From NCBI RefSeq assembly GCF_009914755.1, contig NC_060940.1: a stretch of 64,000 nucleotides of DNA, one strand, 5' to 3'. The notes beneath the pieces were generated by a model. The model did no database searches and had not been told where the DNA came from. It was given only the letters and a program-made list of their open reading frames with translations. This document shows, piece by piece, positions 23,087 to 35,853 of the stretch. The position numbers were made by a program, and so were the translations under genes. The stretch is from the human T2T-CHM13v2.0 reference genome, Homo sapiens. Numbering within the stretch: the stretch's first letter is position 1; each line of letters begins with the position of its first letter.

Positions 23087-24634
23087 GTCAGATCACGGGG
23101 AAAATCTCTCTTCCAACCTCCTCTTGAGCCCACTCTACCCAGACCATCCCTCCTCAGGGAAGGGGCCCAGAGATAAAGTTCTAATCTTGACTCTATCTAG
23201 TTCTCAAGCCAATGTATGGTCTTTAAGCTCCACGAAGGCTGCCTCCAGAGATGGCCTTATTGGCTTCAAACAAAAATAAACAAGCCTGGATGGGGCCCTA
23301 AAAAAATAAGTGATTACTTGCTATTTTTTATAAAAGTATCATTCCTGTCTGCAGTATACACAATAAACTTCTTTTGTGTTTTCCTGAGTCATCAAAAACT
23401 AGTTAATTGAAGACTATTTTCTGGTATCTTCTCTTAGGAATTTTCAAGTAATTTTTTCTATTTTTGAACATTAGGAAAAGGTGGTTATTTTTAACATGAA
23501 GTTGTGGGGGATGGAAAAGGTACCCCAAATAATATTGAACAATCATTTATGACAAATTTACTAATTATTGTCATTATCATCATCATAATTTTTATTTTCT
23601 AGCTTCATCAAGAGAGTCACAATTCTCAAAAGCATAAGAGGCAATCGACTGCATCTAACGAGATACAACCAGGATATGGACGTCTTCTCAGTATTTCACT
23701 TCTTGTCGTCAATCCAGTGGAAACTCCAAAATACCACTGAATGAACGATTCTCAAGTCAACACTGAAGAACGCATCAAGATTTCCATTAAAAAAAAACAG
23801 AAAACCCAGCATGTACCCAGGCTTTTATTCATTTGTATACCTATAAGAAGCAGCTGCAACTTTACATACAAGTGATTTCTTTTTACATAAAATGTTTTTT
23901 GCCATTTTTAGTCACTGAAGCATTAAAAAAAATAAATACAGTGGAAGCATTTGAAAGGGCTTGCTTTAAAAAATAATTTCGTTGGTTTACTGAATGACTA
24001 GTTCTTGGTTTTTTGAAAAGTTTGTCGTACATCCTGTTCCCAATTCAATTTGCTTTTACCCTCATAGACCTCTGTGCTTTTAATTGCTACTCTGATTTTT
24101 GAGGCAAAGATTTCTTTCTCCTGAAGATGTTCTGCTGCCTGAGATAAATGATATTCGGGGATTTTGAAAGTACTTTTAAGCATGCCATTAAGAAATCTAA
24201 ACATGAAGACTATGAACATCAGAGGCAAAGGTGTCAGCAAGCAGCCTGTTGTAGAAGGAGATTTGTCAGTCTACAGATGAGCAGATTAAAAAAAAAAACA
24301 ACAACAACAGTGTAGAAAGCACCATTCTATATCTCACTTTTACACTTGACTCAAGACTCCATATGGACTGGTCTAGTGGCTTAAATGTCCACCAAAGATA
24401 TCCTTATTCTCCCCAAGCCAGCAAGCATCATTTCCTCCTGTATCCACTTTGCTTCACTCTCTCCTCTTTGCTTAGAAGTGGAGAAGGTCAGGACTCTACT
24501 TAATAAGTTAAAGTGCCTTGGTTGAATAAACTTAGGGCCTTCTAACTATTTCTATAAGCCAACCCACACACTTACACACACTTCTGTCCTTCCTTGATTG
24601 CCCAGGTTCTCACCTAATTGGCAAGAAGCAAGTT

Positions 24635-25085
24635 CTCTACTGATGAGTAACCATCATCCCAAACTGAGTAGGTTAGAGGAGCTTGTTCCACATACTTTAT
24701 TTCTCTTGGTTCTATGGGTTGATGGTGGTTCTTCTAATCCAGGCCAGCTCATATGGGGTGAGTGATCCAGGCTGGCCTCATTCATATCTCTAGAAGTTGG
24801 CTCAATGTCAGATGGGGCAACAGGATGGGCATGCATTTGGCCACATGTCAACATGCATCAGGCACACCGGGGTTCTCTCACGTGGTGTTGCCTCAGGACT
24901 CTAGAGAACACCAAGAGGACAGTCTCAATGTAGTTTCCAGGCCTCTGCTTGCTTTAGGTCTGCTGTTGGCCCATTGGCCAGAGCAAGTCCTGAGGCCAGT
25001 TCAGAGTCAGTACAGGAGGTCACTACCCAAAGGCTGTGCTAGGAGAAGACAAATCATTTGTGGCCATTTTAAATCATTTATCACA
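24635..25085 (-). mobile_element. Old MLT1 (G/H-like) LTR
   Basis: CCCATTGGCCAGAGCAAGTCCTGAGGCCAG...TTGTGGCCATTTT. Confidence 0.55.
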
Positions 25086-25118
25086 TTTAACAAATATTGT
25101 CAATTATCACATTAAATA

Positions 25119-26043
25119 CTGTTGATCCTCATAATCCACAGATTTCATATTTGCAAATTTGCCTACTAACCAAATGTATTTCTAACCCCAAAATCAACAC
25201 TCTCAGCACTTTGATGGTCATTTGCAGACATGCATATGACAGTGAAAAAACAGCCGCCCCGCAGGCACGTTCCCAGCTGCAGTCAAACAAGGCCATCCTC
25301 TGCCTTCCTTTTTTGAGATAGAGTCTTACTCTGTCACCCAGGCTGGAGTGCCATCACTTGATCTCAGCTCACTTCAACATCTGCCTCCCAGGTTCAAGCA
25401 ATTCTCCTTCCTCAGCCTCCTGAGTAGCTGGGATTACAGGAGCCTGCCACACACACAGCTAATTTTTATATTTTTAGTAGAGATGGGGTTTCACCATGTT
25501 GGCCAGGCTGGTCTCAAACTCCTGACCTCAGGTGATCCGCCCGCCTCGGTCTCCACAAGTGCTGGGATGACAGGCATGAGCCACCGTGCCCGGCCTCAGG
25601 TTCTGCCTTCTGTTTCAGCTCTCATATTGCAAACTAGTAGCCTCCTTGCAATCTCTTTAGTGCCACGGTTTTTGCATTTTTATACTGTTTGCTGCTGATT
25701 TCACTGCTTAAAATGGCCCCCAAGGATAGTAATGAAGTGCTGGCCCTGACCACAAGAAGGCTGAGCTGTGCCTTATGGAGAAAATGCACAAGCCTTGCAC
25801 AGACATGAGTTACAGCAGTGTCGGCTATGAGTTCAATGTTGATGAATTAAGCAGTCTTTAAACAGAAACACACATAAAACAAAGTTATGTATTGGATCCG
25901 TTGACAAAAATGTTGTGGCCAGAAGCTCAAAAGACCCTAAACCCTTTTATTTCCCAGGAGCAATGGTTCAGTATTTGCTAAGTGAATGTTCACAGTGACA
26001 CTACAGAATAGACTTAGCTACCACGCATATCGAGAATCAGCTG
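25119..26043. mobile_element. MER82 (TcMar-Tigger) interrupted by an Alu
   Basis: CTGTTGATCCTCAT...TTTGCAAATTTGCCTACT...AACCCCAAAATCAA start, GAGAATCAGCTG end, TA on both flanks. Confidence 0.75.
25309..25595 (-). mobile_element. AluSx-like
   Basis: Full reverse-complement dimer with short T tail; TCTGCCTTC on both sides. Confidence 0.9.
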
Positions 26044-26044
26044 T

Positions 26045-27630
26045 ATTCATCGAGCTCCTTCTTCTGCCAAGTGCCATGCCTACAGCTGGGTGTTTGGTGA
26101 ACTCCTGCTTTCAGGGAGCTTAAAGTTTAGTGAGGGAGGCATGCATTAATTAATGACACTAACGAATGTGCAGTTTCAGGCAAGTCAAGGAAGATGCCCT
26201 AAGGATGTGAAGTGCCAACCGAGACCTAAAGAATGAATGGGAGTTCTACAGCTCAAACACCTGGGAAAGAAGCTCTGAGCTGTAGATCTGAGCACAGGGG
26301 TGCAGTGGACGGCATCCTCAGGAACATCTCCTCGGTGAGGGAAACTGCATCAAGCAAAGGGAAAAGTGGCAACAGAGGCCTCAGCCAAGCCCACAAGAAC
26401 TCTGGAGCTGAGCAAACTTGGCAGAAATGTCCCCGACAAGGCAAGAAGCCTGGGACTTTGTACCCTTACATCAACCAGTCATAAACTGATATGCAGTAGC
26501 TCCCTTCAGTTTAGGACAATCCATGGGGAAAAGACTCAGCTGTCAGCCAATGACAGTCATGGCAGTTTTACAAATGAATGCTTTACAAAGTGAGCACTTC
26601 CCTCCTCCCCTCCAGCATCCCTAAAAACGCAGCTAAAAAGGAAGGGCAGCTCTGCCAAACAGGGGGGAAAAGCACGTGCAAAGGCCTTGTGGTTAGAGGG
26701 GGGCATGGAACATGTGAGCAGTGTGAAGAAGACCCACACATGGCAGGGGCCTGGGGAGCAAGTATTAAAACAAGTGTGGAATGAGAGGAAGCTGAGAACA
26801 GGCCAGGACGCGATCATGGACCCTCATAGGCCATGATTAGAGCTTTTATCCTCATCCTAACAGTAATGTGAAGTCACAGAGGTTTTAAGCAAAGGAAGCC
26901 ACCTGCTTCAATGAAGAGAACAGAATTGAGCAGAGTGGGGAAAAGAGAGGCTGTGCAGATATGAGAAGTCTGGCTTGTGTGTATTTAACAAGCAGCTAAG
27001 CAGGTGAGAAGAAGTGAATGAAGGTGAGAGGTGTTTAGACAGTAAGTCAACAGGACTTGATATGACACAGATGTGGGCAGCAAGGAGAAGAGGCATCACA
27101 GACACTGCTTGGTTCCTGATCTTCCCAAACAAACAAACACAGGTCCCTGTGCTGGGATGGAGACTTCCAAAAGAGGACTAGGTTTGGGAAGATGGCTAGA
27201 GGAGGAAACTCACATTAGAATCAGCCAAATTATACTCATAACAGTCAAATGGATATACCTGGCTGACACTCCAATTCACATGTTTGGCACTCAGAGATGT
27301 GGGATGAAGATTTAAATGTATGAATCACGGCACTGAGATGTCAATGGAAGTCTCAGATGGGGATGAGACTGTTCAGGGAGCAGAGCAGAAGACAAGAGGG
27401 CCTAAGACTAGGAGCCACAGACATTCCACGTTCAGTGGCCAGGTGACTAAGACAGAGGCAATAAAGGACCCTACAGAACAGCAAGACAAGTGGATGGAAA
27501 CATGAGGAAAAGAGGACACAGGCCCCAACGAAAGACGTGGTTTCTATGAGCGAGTGGGCCAAAGTCAAGTGCTGCTGAGGAGGTGTGCTTGCCTAAAGAC
27601 TGAAAACTTTCCACTGGATTATTAGCAGAT
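26045..27630 (-). mobile_element. Fragmented L2
   Basis: AGCACGTGCAAAGGCCTTGTGG, AGAGGTTTTAAGCAAAGGAAG, GTCAAGTGCTGCTGAG L2 motifs. Confidence 0.6.
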
Positions 27631-29466
27631 AACAAAGTTCATGTCGGTCTCAATTGTGAGAAAAGAAATAGGTAGAATATTTTTTTCCATTTAAGGAAAG
27701 ATAACTCTGGGTTTTAGAGAGACTAGCATCATCATGTTGCTAGATAAACTTGTTCCTTCTTTTTCTGCATTTGGCTCATGGAAGGAAAAGCTGCAGGAAA
27801 TCTTAGCATTCAGAGAAATGATTGTATATGCTTTAAAGCCAAAGAAACACTGCCTTTGATTAGCTTGGAAACAGCCAGGTATCTTTTGCTAGAAAGAGGA
27901 TCAAAAACTTGGAGAGAAACCAAATATATGGAATACTGAGCAAGAATGAGATACTCTCTGAAACCTAAGTTTTACAGATTTTAACACCAAATCCTCATGA
28001 GTTTTCAGTGAGCCCTACATTCATTATTCATTCATTCATTCTAAACTGACACAACCACATTGGAAATTATTATAACAAGATTCAGGAAAATAGTCCTATT
28101 CCTTATGGGAGTGATTCTTCTTCTATGAATTTTATCCAAGGATCTAATTTAACAAAAACATAGAAAAAATAAAATTATATGCAGGCATTTATTCAATGAT
28201 GATTTTCTCCAAAAGCTCATCTTTGAAAAAAACATAAATGTTCATTATTTGGGGAAAATTTTAATAAATATTTGTAAAGTAACAGGATGCAAATACTGGG
28301 TAATTATTAAAATGACTTCATAGTACCACAAGGGAAAATGTTGAAGTGAAAATAAAGTACAAAAGAGTAGGTTTGGTATTGCTTTATCTGTGTAAGTTAT
28401 ATATGGAGATAAAAATGAAGTCACTGAGTTACATAGTGAGGTCACAGATTTTCAATCTTTAAAGCCATTAATATTTTTGTTTTGTCTATTCATTTAAAAT
28501 ATGCAGAAGTAATATCTGTGAAAGTAGCACTGTAAGAAGAAAAATGCCTTCCGAAAGAGGCTTTGATGTAAAACTGAACAGAAACATAGCACTGTGCTCA
28601 GAATGAGATTACATCTGAATCCACATTACGATATTCAAGATGAATTAAATGGAAATGGCCTTCTCCATTGTTACCTTCAGCACTTACTGATGGGGGGACA
28701 ATGATGTCTCCAATTTGCCTAAGTGTTTGGCATCTTTGAAACTTTATCATTCACATCACCTCTGCAAAAGGAGTCATTTTGTATTAGCAGAGAATCCCAC
28801 GTAATTAAGCAGACAGAACCTACTTCTCCTGTAATTATACCTGGAGGGATTTGAATGTCCCGCTTATGAAACCATTAAGGAAGGTTACAACTTGGGGGTT
28901 GGCTGGTGGATCTTCTCCCCTGCTGTGACCAAGTGCCCGATATCTGGATGAATTTAACAGCTTCCTGAGCACTTTGCAACACTGCTTCCACGTTGAGAGA
29001 GATATGGGACCAAACTAGTACCTAGGGGGGCTTCTTCCCTCTTTGCCACTCCCTAGTCCCTGCTGTAGAAGTAGGAGGTGCTTTGTGGCCACCTCCTGGC
29101 AGGAAGGTCTGGCTCTCACAGTGGTCCGATATGGGGATGTTGGCTGAGGGGTGATGGATTCTGAGAAGCTACACAGCACTCCACTAACATTAAAATATCT
29201 CCTCTCCTTTTTACCTCCCTGAATCACAGGGCTCATTCTAGCTACTGTAGCTGTCTTCTTGAGAAACAAGTGATCATTAAGGCCTGGCATGGATGCTGCA
29301 CCTTAGCTCTGGGTGTCTGCAAAAGAAAGGTGCCTCTTCTGTTCACAGAAAGAAATGTTTTGTTGTTGGTAATGAAATAGAAGGAGAAAAGACACACCGT
29401 AAACCGATGACCAGACACCAACTTCTTCTGATCGCTAATTGTTGATCCCAGGCACTCAGATTCTTA

Positions 29467-29989
<523 letters not shown>

Positions 29990-30849
29990 TCAAAGATCTG
30001 GAAGCATTTGGGGGAAGCAGAGTGAAAACCAAATGTATTTTCAGAGTTTCTTTAAATTATCTGCTTCCCAAACCTTAAAGCTACACTCCTCCCCCAACCA
30101 AGAACCTATTTCCCAACACTGGACTGCAAATATCGGCATCTTAAATCATGGCCAAAGACCAGCCAAGAGAAGGAGAATCTCGTTTGCCAAAGTCTAGGTC
30201 TTGTTAAATAAATTCTTCCTTGACAGCAAAGAAAGCCCTGGCTAAGGAAATGGCTCCTTAAACATTTCCATTTAATTCAAAAAAGATTTACTATGCACCT
30301 GCTGTTGGGACTACACTCCAGGAGCTGAAACTGTTGGGGAGTGCATTTTCACGCATTTGGCTGAAAAAGGGGCAGCCGATTCTGCACCTCAAAAAGTATG
30401 TTAGCATCATCCAAACACTTTTCTGGATTTCCTCCATCTTCATCCTGCTCCTAAAGCCCATCCCTTTTATTCTCTGGGGCACATATTTCTGTCCCTCATC
30501 ATTTCTGCCTGTTATAGACAACTTTGCCCTTTCTCATTTACATTTCTAGTATGTAGCCCTGCCCAGAACCCAGCCCAGTCCTCCCTGGCCCCCCGTCTCA
30601 CTCAGCCTAACATTTAACATTCACCTCCCTACAGTCTCCTAATTCTCTAACCCTTCACTCATTTTCCACGTTGAATATCTGCCTTATGCCAGACAGTTGC
30701 CATCAGCACTGCCTCCCAACACTTGTAAGATCAGACACATGCTATGGGCAGTACAAGGATCTGGGCCTATGAAGGTTGCCCCAGACAGGAAAGATCTCAC
30801 ACATACACTCTGCAAGCTTACCACCTATCTAGGAAGAAATGCACCACAA

Positions 30850-31215
30850 ATGATAGAATGGATCCAAAAAATCAGGACCCAAACCTGTGCTATCTATAAG
30901 AAATGAGCTTTAAATATAAAGATATAGATAGGGTAAAACAGAATAGATGCAAAAAGGTACCCCAGTCAATCAGTAAGCACAAGAAAGCTGTTGCAACTAC
31001 AGTGATGTCAGACAAAATAGACAAATAATATTTCCAGAGATAGAAAGGGAGCATTTCTATCTCTGGAAATATAAAGATCAATTCATAATTAATAAAATAA
31101 AAGGATCAATTAATAAAATAAAAGGATCAATTCATCAAGAAGACATATGAATCATAAATATATATGTGCTTAATAACAGAGCCTCAAAGTACATGGAGTG
31201 AAAAATTATTAGAAA
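30850..31215 (+). mobile_element. L1M ORF2 endonuclease-region fragment with a 21-bp tandem duplication at 31088-31132
   Basis: GAATGGATCCAAAAAATCAGGACCCAA...GTCAGACAAAATAGAC...GGATCAATTCATCAAGAAGACAT...AACAGAGCCTCAAAGTACAT. Confidence 0.75.
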
Positions 31216-31349
31216 GTCCTTGTTTCCAAAAAATAAAAAATGAGTATGTTGGTTACTATCACGCCTACGGCCTGACTACATTATCTGTCTCCAGGTGGTT
31301 TTGGCCAGAGCTGACTTCACATGTGGCTCCTGGGCAGACCTGTACCCCA

Positions 31350-32110
31350 GGCCTTTGCAACCAGCATGTGACCCATGCAGAGTCAATGAGATTCAATCGA
31401 GGGCTTAAAATGTTTTTTGAACCATAGAGAAAATCAATGTAGTGCTGCTCCAGGGGAGCTGAGAACTGGAACGATGCTACTAGCAGCCATCCTTCCTTTA
31501 TGAGAAAGGGGCCGAGATCAAGGGAAGCAGAGCAGAGGAAAGAAGTCCTTGACACCATTGTTTAAGTCTCTGAATCCAGCCATGCCTGAAGTCATAACCC
31601 CTGGACTTTTCTGTCCTGTTAGCTAATAAACTCCCTTTTTGGTTTAAGCTGGTGTATTGGGCCATTCTTACATGGCTATTAAAAATACCTAAAGCTGGGT
31701 AACTTATACAGAAAAGAGGTTGAATTGGCTCATGGTTCTGTAGGCTGTAGAGGAAGCATGGTGCCAGCATCTGCTTGGCTTCTGGGGAGACCTGAGGAAG
31801 CATTTACTCATGGCAGAAAGCGAAGCAGGAGCAGGCACATGACATGGCCAGGGCAGGAACAAGAGAGAGACTGAGGGTAAGTGCCACACACCTTTAAACA
31901 ACCAGATCTTGCAAAAACTCACAATCAGAAGGATAGCAACAAGCTATGTGAGATCCATCCCCATGACCTAAACACCTCCCACTAGGCCCCACCTCCAACA
32001 CTGGGGATTACAATTCAACATGAGATCTGAGCACGGACAAACATCCAACTCTATCAGCTGGTTTAAGTTGAGAGCACTTTTCTTCAAACCAGAGAGTTGC
32101 AATTAATATA
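31350..32110 (+). mobile_element. Old MLT1 (J-like) LTR split by MSTA
   Basis: CTGAATCCAGCCATGCCTGAAG...CTGGACTTTTC...AATAAACTCCCTTTTTGGTTTAAGCTGG, resuming GCTGGTTTAAGTTG. Confidence 0.6.
31653..32056 (-). mobile_element. MSTA solo LTR
   Basis: TGTATTGGGCCATTCTT...AAACATCCAACTCTATCA; perfect TSD GCTGG at 31648-31652 and 32057-32061. Confidence 0.9.
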
Positions 32111-33659
32111 TCACATTAACCCCCACCCACAGACACACATACCAACACTCTATACACCTTGTCCCCAAGGATAAGCTCCACAGTTGAAAATCTGCTTTGA
32201 AAGTGAATCTATGTGATGGATGAGATGACAGTCAATCCCTTGGGGTGGGGTAGGGAGTGATGCTGAGAATCGCTGCTGCCTATGAAATGCCTGGATTGCG
32301 TCTGTCACGAGAAGCAGTCCTTTGCTTCCTGGTTTCGTCTCCTTTAGGTGGGAAAAGAGTAAAATAAATAAGAACAGGTTGAGAATTTCAGAGATATAAA
32401 GGATCTTAAATCTCCTGCTCCAGAATTCCTGAGGAGCAGTCAGGGAGGTGCAGACTGTATGGATGGGAAGAAAATGCTGAGGGGAAGTGAGTTTGGGCCA
32501 GACTCCCTGTTACGGGATGGGGTCAAGGCAGAGTAGGTGGCACCCCAAGCAGAATCTGAGGGTGCAGGTAGCAGCGAAGTGGTCAGAGCGGTGTTTTCAG
32601 AAGTGTAATGATGGATCTGGCTTCCTCAGTGCAGCCTGGCAGCACTGAATCTAGCAGACACCACAGGATGGTAGAGTTGACAGGGAAAGAAAGATGTTGA
32701 TGAGACAGAGGTTCCATGATGAGCACCTTTAAGATGAAGTAACCAATAATCAAAGAAAACAAACACCTAGGTAAAGGGAAGCCTGGGCGTGAATTCAGCC
32801 CCCACTGCACAGGCAGGCACTGATTGTCCACGCTACAGTAACAAAATCAATTGACTGGGAGTTTCCACTGCCTGGAATGGCTGCCAGAAGATTTTGCACA
32901 CATCCCACCTTATCTCCAAGATTATTAGCTTAAAAGGGACAAAAGTCTTCAGTGGAGCTTTGATGGCAAAATTCTAAGCCTGAGTAGGTTGTAGAATATT
33001 TCAAGAAAAGGGCCTCCCCAGTGCACGAGGAAATTGAAAAAAACTGCCCCATAAAAACAAATGGCACACACTTTGCCACTCTATGCCTAGCCTGCTTATC
33101 TGTAAAATGGGAACTCACTTTGTAGGTTGATGGGGAGATTGAACCAGATGACCCTGTGAAGGGCTACAGCTTTTCGCAGACACTCTTGCCATTTTTCTTG
33201 AGACCCATGCCAACAGGGTTGAGAGTTCTCACTACTCACTCCATAACAATTATTTATCAAATAGCATTTGTTACCTAAACAATAATCTAGTGTTCCTGGT
33301 GGCCCGCCTACCACGAAGAGAATGTCTATGTGCCCAGCCTCCTTCTGTTCTGAGATTTTAGCTGGAGGTGATAAAAAAACAAACAAACAAACCAGCAGCA
33401 GCATGATCGGCCCTGCTGAGGGGAGGGTTCCAGCCAAAGGAATCACCAGCTGTCCTCCAGGAAAAGTGGCCAACCTGACAGGGGAACAGGGAAACACACC
33501 CCACGCCCAGCCAGTCCATTTTTCTCACTGGGTATCTTTGTTGATGGTTGAGGTTTATGGAGTAATTTGGGAATGAATGGGTGATCCCCTCGGTAGCACC
33601 TCTACAACTGCCTGAAAGGCTGCCAGAGCCCCACCCAGAGCTCTCAGTCTCCATCATCA

Positions 33660-33920
33660 TCATCACAATGTACCTGTTGAGTACTCAGGTGCCCAAGCAC
33701 TGTGCTAAATACTTTACTCACTGGCTCCATTTATGCCTTACTGCAACTCAACGATGTCCGAACTATTATTGTCTATGGATTCTGAACTCATAGTTCAGTG
33801 GGGAAACTGAGTCAGAGACAGCTTAGATATTCAGTTCCAGATGATAGACTTAGAAGAAGCAAAGCCCGGACTACAACTACATTTGCCTGGCATAAGAGCC
33901 CATACTCTGAAACCACAATA
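33660..33920 (-). mobile_element. MIR
   Basis: TTGAGTACTCAGGTGCCCAAGCACTGTGCTAAATACTTTAC...GGGAAACTGAGTCAGAGA. Confidence 0.6.
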
Positions 33921-34499
33921 TGTTCTCTTCTTTCTCTCTGAGCCTGAAATTCAGATGCTGCTAGCACCTTTCTCCACTATGACCAGCTCATCCTGCAAAC
34001 TCTTGCCGTGCATGGCTGGAAAGTGTCCACTTTCAGCAAGGACCAGAAACAATCCCAAGGACCATTGAAAAGAACTGTCCCCTTACCAGACACAACCACT
34101 CTTCTTCTCCCCATCACAATATTTGTAAATGGGTGTGTGAGTGTGTGACAGAGACAGACAGTGACAGAGACAGATTTTAGAATTTGAACAAAGGTAAATA
34201 AGAGAAAATTGGAATTCACAAGATCCTTCAGAATTGGGTCACCTCAAGGTGGGAAGTCAAACCAGCTATTCTGCAAAGCCCTGTCATCACCTTTTGCAGT
34301 TCAGTAGCAGAACCTGCACATGTGCCTCCAATCTGCTCCCATTTCTGTGTATTTAAATAAACTAAGTCAGGCCTTTTATGCCCTTCCTCTGCCACATGCT
34401 TCTCGTGCATGAGATCAGAGGTATTTGACACCATGTACTCCTGTCTACTAATCTAGCCTCTGCGAGGCAGCGATGATAAATATCATTGCAGCAGTTCTC

Positions 34500-34700
34500 A
34501 TTAGGACTGTTTACCATGTACCATGGACTGCTACATTTATTTTCCCCACCACTCTTTAAATATTATTTTTCTCATTTTACAGATTAGGGAACTGTAGCTC
34601 AGAGAAGCTAAATAACTTTCCCCAAACCACACAGCTATTGAAGTGACAAAATTGGAACTCTTATCTGTCCAAATTCAATGCCTATATCCCTAACACCTTT
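34500..34700 (-). mobile_element. MIR
   Basis: CTCATTTTACAGATTAGGGAACTGTAGCTCAGAGAAGCTAAATAACTTTCCCCAAACCACACAGCTA. Confidence 0.7.
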
Positions 34701-35459
34701 AATAACACAAGATATGAGAATATGTGACTGTACCTTCACATTTGTAGATCTAAAGTAGACTTTGAGGAACTAGACTTCACCTACCCACCCCAGCACAGGA
34801 ATCCAACTAGTTAAATGACTCTGATTTTACTCTAGAAAGAAATAATCCTAATACCAAGACTCTTCAATTACTCTGTGCAATTAAGTCCTGAGTGCTTGTT
34901 TGAACAATTAACTGAAATAATTATAAATGTATCTCTGTTACTACAGTTGCATATTAACAAAGGCTCAGGGCCAATTAATCATTACTCCATCAATATCTAA
35001 TTTGCATAAACCTATTCTCTTTAAAGACTCCATGGTTGGGGTGACAGGGCTCCCTCATCGATTATGGAAATATCCCCATCAAACTTCCCTGAGGCCGTCA
35101 AAAGGAATAAAAGGGGTTGTCTGTCCTCAGCTGCTCAGTACCCCTATCCAATCCTCCCAGGGGCAGGGAAGGATGGAGAACAAAGGGGAAAAGATACAAT
35201 TAACATGCACTTCTCCACTGGGAGAGGGACTGACAGGGCTCAGGTTATGAGGATGATGGTCAGAGAGGGGCATCTAGCCCACCCGAGGTCAGGGGAAAAC
35301 AAGCATGGGAACCTCTTTTGGAGTCATCCAAATTCATTCATTCATTCAACAGATCCATCAACAGATATTTGCTTTCTGCTGTGTAATAGGTACTTGGGGC
35401 TGCAATAATGAATGAGCATCTTCTGGGTTCTCACTGAGTCAGGTAGACAACTAACTAGT

Positions 35460-35853
35460 CATCAAGAGGGTTTCCTAAAAACAGATACCGAGATGGAGTG
35501 TGATGTGCAAGATGCTTATTAGGGTTCAGCACCTGTGAAAGGAAGGGAAGGAGCATGACTGGGCAGAGGGAGAAGGTAGGGTGTGATGCAGGCTTCACAA
35601 AGCCTCAGCCCACCTGGTGTGGGGCTCTAGGGCAAGCATACCTGTCAGAATTAGCCCGAACCAGGTGGAAATGGTGGCTTTGACACCCCACCTTGCTCAG
35701 GCACTGGAAGTGGGCTGCCCTGGTGGAGAGGGCTCCCTGCAGCTGAGGGAGACCAGGAAGAAGCCCATGGTGGGCTGTCTACACTTCCTCCAGCTGGGCA
35801 TCCAGTTCTTCCCTGAAAGAGGATTTGGGCTGTGCAGCTCTATGTCTGCCACA
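35460..35853 (-). mobile_element. ERVL LTR16A/B-like
   Basis: GAGATGGAGTGTGATGTGCAAGATGCTTATTAGGG...CTGGGCAGAGGGAGAAG...GGGGCTCTAGGGC...TGGGCTGCCCTGG. Confidence 0.65.
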
